The notes beneath the pieces are model-generated. The model saw only the letters and a list, made by a program, of their open reading frames with translations, searched no databases and was not told where the DNA came from. Below, in pieces: positions 7,278 through 9,039 of a DNA stretch of 9,039 bases. Position 1 is the first letter of the stretch. Each line of letters starts with the position of its first letter. The translations under genes and the position numbers were made by a program. This DNA is from an uncultured archaeon (GTDB taxonomy: Archaea; Iainarchaeota; Iainarchaeia; Iainarchaeales; 0-14-0-20-30-16): NCBI GenBank assembly GCA_964565725.1, contig CAZMGA010000011.1:12842-21880 (forward strand). The letters run 5' to 3'.

Positions 7278-8579
7278 ATGCCCAATATAAAAGATGACAT
7301 TAAGAAAATAATTTTAAAATATTCTGATTTGATTCCAAAGGAAGTTTTTAAAAGAGAATTAATATTGTCAGAATTAAAATTTGATAAGGCAAACGTAATA
7401 ATTGGGCCAAGAAGATCTGGTAAAACCTATTATTTATATTATATTATAAATGATATTAAATCAAATGAAAAGTTTATATATATTAATTTTGAAGATAATT
7501 TATTACCAAAACTTGAAAGACAAGATCTAAATTTGATATTAGAATGTTCAAAAGAATTATATGGCAATAATTTGATATTTTTCTTTGATGAAATTCAGAA
7601 TATCGATAATTGGGAAAATTTTATAATTTCATTATTAAATGAACATTATAAGGTATATGTTACAGGCTCAAATTCAAAATTGTTAAGTAAAGATATTGCA
7701 ACAGCTTTAAGAGGAAAATCATTATCTTATTTACTTTTGCCTTTTTCTTTTTCTGAAATAATATCTTATAAATTAGGAAAATTAGAAAAAGGTTGGGAAA
7801 ATAGCAAAACAGCATATGATATTAAGAAAGTATATAATGATTATTTTTTGTATGGTGGATTTCCAGAAGTATTTTTGTCTGAGAATTTAGATTTAAAAAA
7901 CAAATTAATAAATAATTATTTTGAATCGGTTTTGTATAAAGATTTGATTGATAGATTGAAGATAAAAAACATTAAATTAGTTGAAATAATTATGAAATAT
8001 TTATTAAATTTATTTGGCAATAATTTTAGTATATCTGTTTTTGAGAATTATTTAAAGTCAAATAAGATAGCTTATAGTTTAGAAGATTTATATGCCATAT
8101 TATATAGTTTACAAGATGTATTTTTAGTTTATTATTTAAAAGAATATTCTAAATCTTATAAAAAAACAGAGGTATCAAAATCAAAAATATATTTATTTGA
8201 TTTGGGGTATATTAGATTTATTTCTAGAGAATCAGAAGATAATGGCAGAATATTGGAAAATTTAGTATTTATTGAATTGTATAGGCGTTTAGATTGTATT
8301 AATGTTCCAAAAGTATTTTATTTTAAATCTAAGAAAGATCAAGAATGTGACTTTGTTTTAGAAGATAAAGGCAAGATTGTTCAGGCAATTCAAGTGACCT
8401 ATAGTTTAGAAACTAAAAATAAAGATAGAGAAATAGATGGTTTATTGTCTGCAATGGAGTTTTTTAGTTTAAAAGAAGGTATAATCTTAACAAATGATCA
8501 AGAAGAAACTTTTGAGATAAATAACAAGACAATACATGTTTTACCTGTTTGGAAATGGTTATTACAAACTAAGAAGTAA
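7278..8579 (+). CDS. AAA-type ATPase with AAA_14/DUF4143-like architecture
   Basis: VIIGPRRSGKTYYLYYI (Walker A), LIFFFDEIQNIDNWE (Walker B), VYVTGSNSKLLS, ATALRGKSLSYLLLPFSFSEI, and a C-terminal nuclease-like region with QECDFVLEDKGKIVQAIQVTY. Confidence 0.93.
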   Translation: MPNIKDDIKKIILKYSDLIPKEVFKRELILSELKFDKANVIIGPRRSGKTYYLYYIINDIKSNEKFIYINFEDNLLPKLERQDLNLILECSKELYGNNLIFFFDEIQNIDNWENFIISLLNEHYKVYVTGSNSKLLSKDIATALRGKSLSYLLLPFSFSEIISYKLGKLEKGWENSKTAYDIKKVYNDYFLYGGFPEVFLSENLDLKNKLINNYFESVLYKDLIDRLKIKNIKLVEIIMKYLLNLFGNNFSISVFENYLKSNKIAYSLEDLYAILYSLQDVFLVYYLKEYSKSYKKTEVSKSKIYLFDLGYIRFISRESEDNGRILENLVFIELYRRLDCINVPKVFYFKSKKDQECDFVLEDKGKIVQAIQVTYSLETKNKDREIDGLLSAMEFFSLKEGIILTNDQEETFEINNKTIHVLPVWKWLLQTKK

Positions 8580-8615
8580 TTTCTGGGCTTTTTCCTTTTT
8601 CTTCACAACTTCTTG

Positions 8616-8642
8616 CATTTCGTTCAATAATTGAACAAAATG
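8616..8642. repeat. hairpin C1
   Basis: CATTT-C-GTTCAAT-A-ATTGAAC-A-AAATG: perfect outer and inner arms interrupted by one C/A mismatch. Confidence 0.65.
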
Positions 8643-8645
8643 TCC

Positions 8646-8676
8646 TACATTTCGTCTAATCTTTAGACAAAATGTA
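8646..8676. repeat. hairpin C2, homologous to C1
   Basis: TACATTT-C-GTCTAA-TCT-TTAGAC-A-AAATGTA: same conserved frame and the same C/A mismatch position, but a different, compensated inner stem. Confidence 0.65.
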
Positions 8677-8764
8677 CTGCAACCCTTTCTGGATAGTTAG
8701 TGCATCAATATTAATAATTGCAGTGAGTATTGGATTTTGTGTGTTGTTAAGGAAAAGAGATTAA
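8672..8764 (+). other. copy C of the repeated anchor-like coding sequence; potential 30-aa mini-ORF
   Basis: MYCNPFWIVSASILIIAVSIGFCVLLRKRD*, ATG 8672 to TAA 8762-8764. Hydrophobic helix followed by a cationic tail. Confidence 0.5.
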
Positions 8765-8806
8765 TCCTATTTAAACTTTTTCGTTCTACATATTATTAGT
8801 GAGTTT

Positions 8807-9039
8807 ATGGAAGATAAATTTAATTTTGATTTAAAGCCAATAGTAAAGGAATACGAAAAGTTTTTCGGTTTTAAATTAAATAAGCAACCTAAGTCTATAT
8901 TTTGTTATAATAGAAAAGAATATGATAAACTATTTGGTTGCAAAACACAATCTTGGAGTGCACAATTTGCTACTAAAGATATGATTGTAAGTATTCATCC
9001 TACTTTATGGGAAAAATATACAAATCATGCAAATCCTTC
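8807..9039 (+). CDS. hypothetical protein, 3' truncated by window edge
   Basis: Open frame MEDKLNFDLKPIVKEYEKFFGFKLNKQPKSIFCYNRKEYDKLFGCKTQSWSAQFATKDMIVSIHPTLWEKYTNHANP..., running off the window. The layout is vaguely like the N-terminal part of small metallopeptidase-like proteins but the diagnostic motif is not in the window. Confidence 0.65.
   Translation, partial: MEDKFNFDLKPIVKEYEKFFGFKLNKQPKSIFCYNRKEYDKLFGCKTQSWSAQFATKDMIVSIHPTLWEKYTNHANP

Noticed and set aside
8580-8694. Minus-strand frame GCSTFCLKIRRNVGHFVQLLNEMQEVVKKKEKAQKLLLSL* across the C1/C2 hairpins, with a similar HFV..LDEM string in another frame
   Set aside because: The apparent peptide repeat follows from the DNA inverted repeats, the copies are in different frames with stops, and there is no convincing start. 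Kept as a possible degenerate coding remnant but not called.
4384-8764. CRISPR array or integron attC-cassette interpretation of the dispersed repeats
   Set aside because: Repeats are few, far apart and not regularly spaced as in CRISPR. No integrase or Cas gene is visible, and no canonical attC core sites (GTTRRRY/RYYYAAC) were found.
4384-9039. Insertion sequence or transposon carrying the accessory genes
   Set aside because: No transposase/recombinase motif, clear terminal inverted repeats or target-site duplications could be recognised in this window.

Overview
AT-rich archaeal window, probably DPANN-like judging from GatE, apparent leaderless TATA promoters and many very short intergenic regions. 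The left part (1-4365) looks like ordinary chromosome: the 3' end of an ADP-forming acyl-CoA synthetase, a small conserved-looking protein, gatE, a small membrane protein and a HAD-like protein. It also holds an unannotated, wrecked radical-SAM gene abutting gatE and a tiny Leu/Gly-rich membrane ORF. The right part (about 4384-9039) looks like an accessory segment: an ABC-F ATPase with a strong Shine-Dalgarno, a DUF3800-type protein, an AAA ATPase with DUF4143-like architecture, and the 5' end of another gene. Its most striking feature is in the intergenic DNA. Three diverged copies of the same short coding-like sequence (...IIAVSTGFCVLLRKR*) lie in the gaps before each gene module, with mostly synonymous or conservative differences between the two best copies. 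Around them are many inverted repeats: two TTACG-N6-CGTAA dyads 33 bp apart just upstream of the ATPase TATA box, two TTGTCCGGAAAAA repeats also 33 bp apart, a pair of homologous hairpins with co-varying stems after the ATPase gene, a GC-richer foldable block, and overlapping mutually exclusive inverted repeats. The system-level reading (module exchange at a hotspot, or small-RNA/small-peptide control) is inference. No CRISPR, tRNA, rRNA or recognisable transposase was seen.
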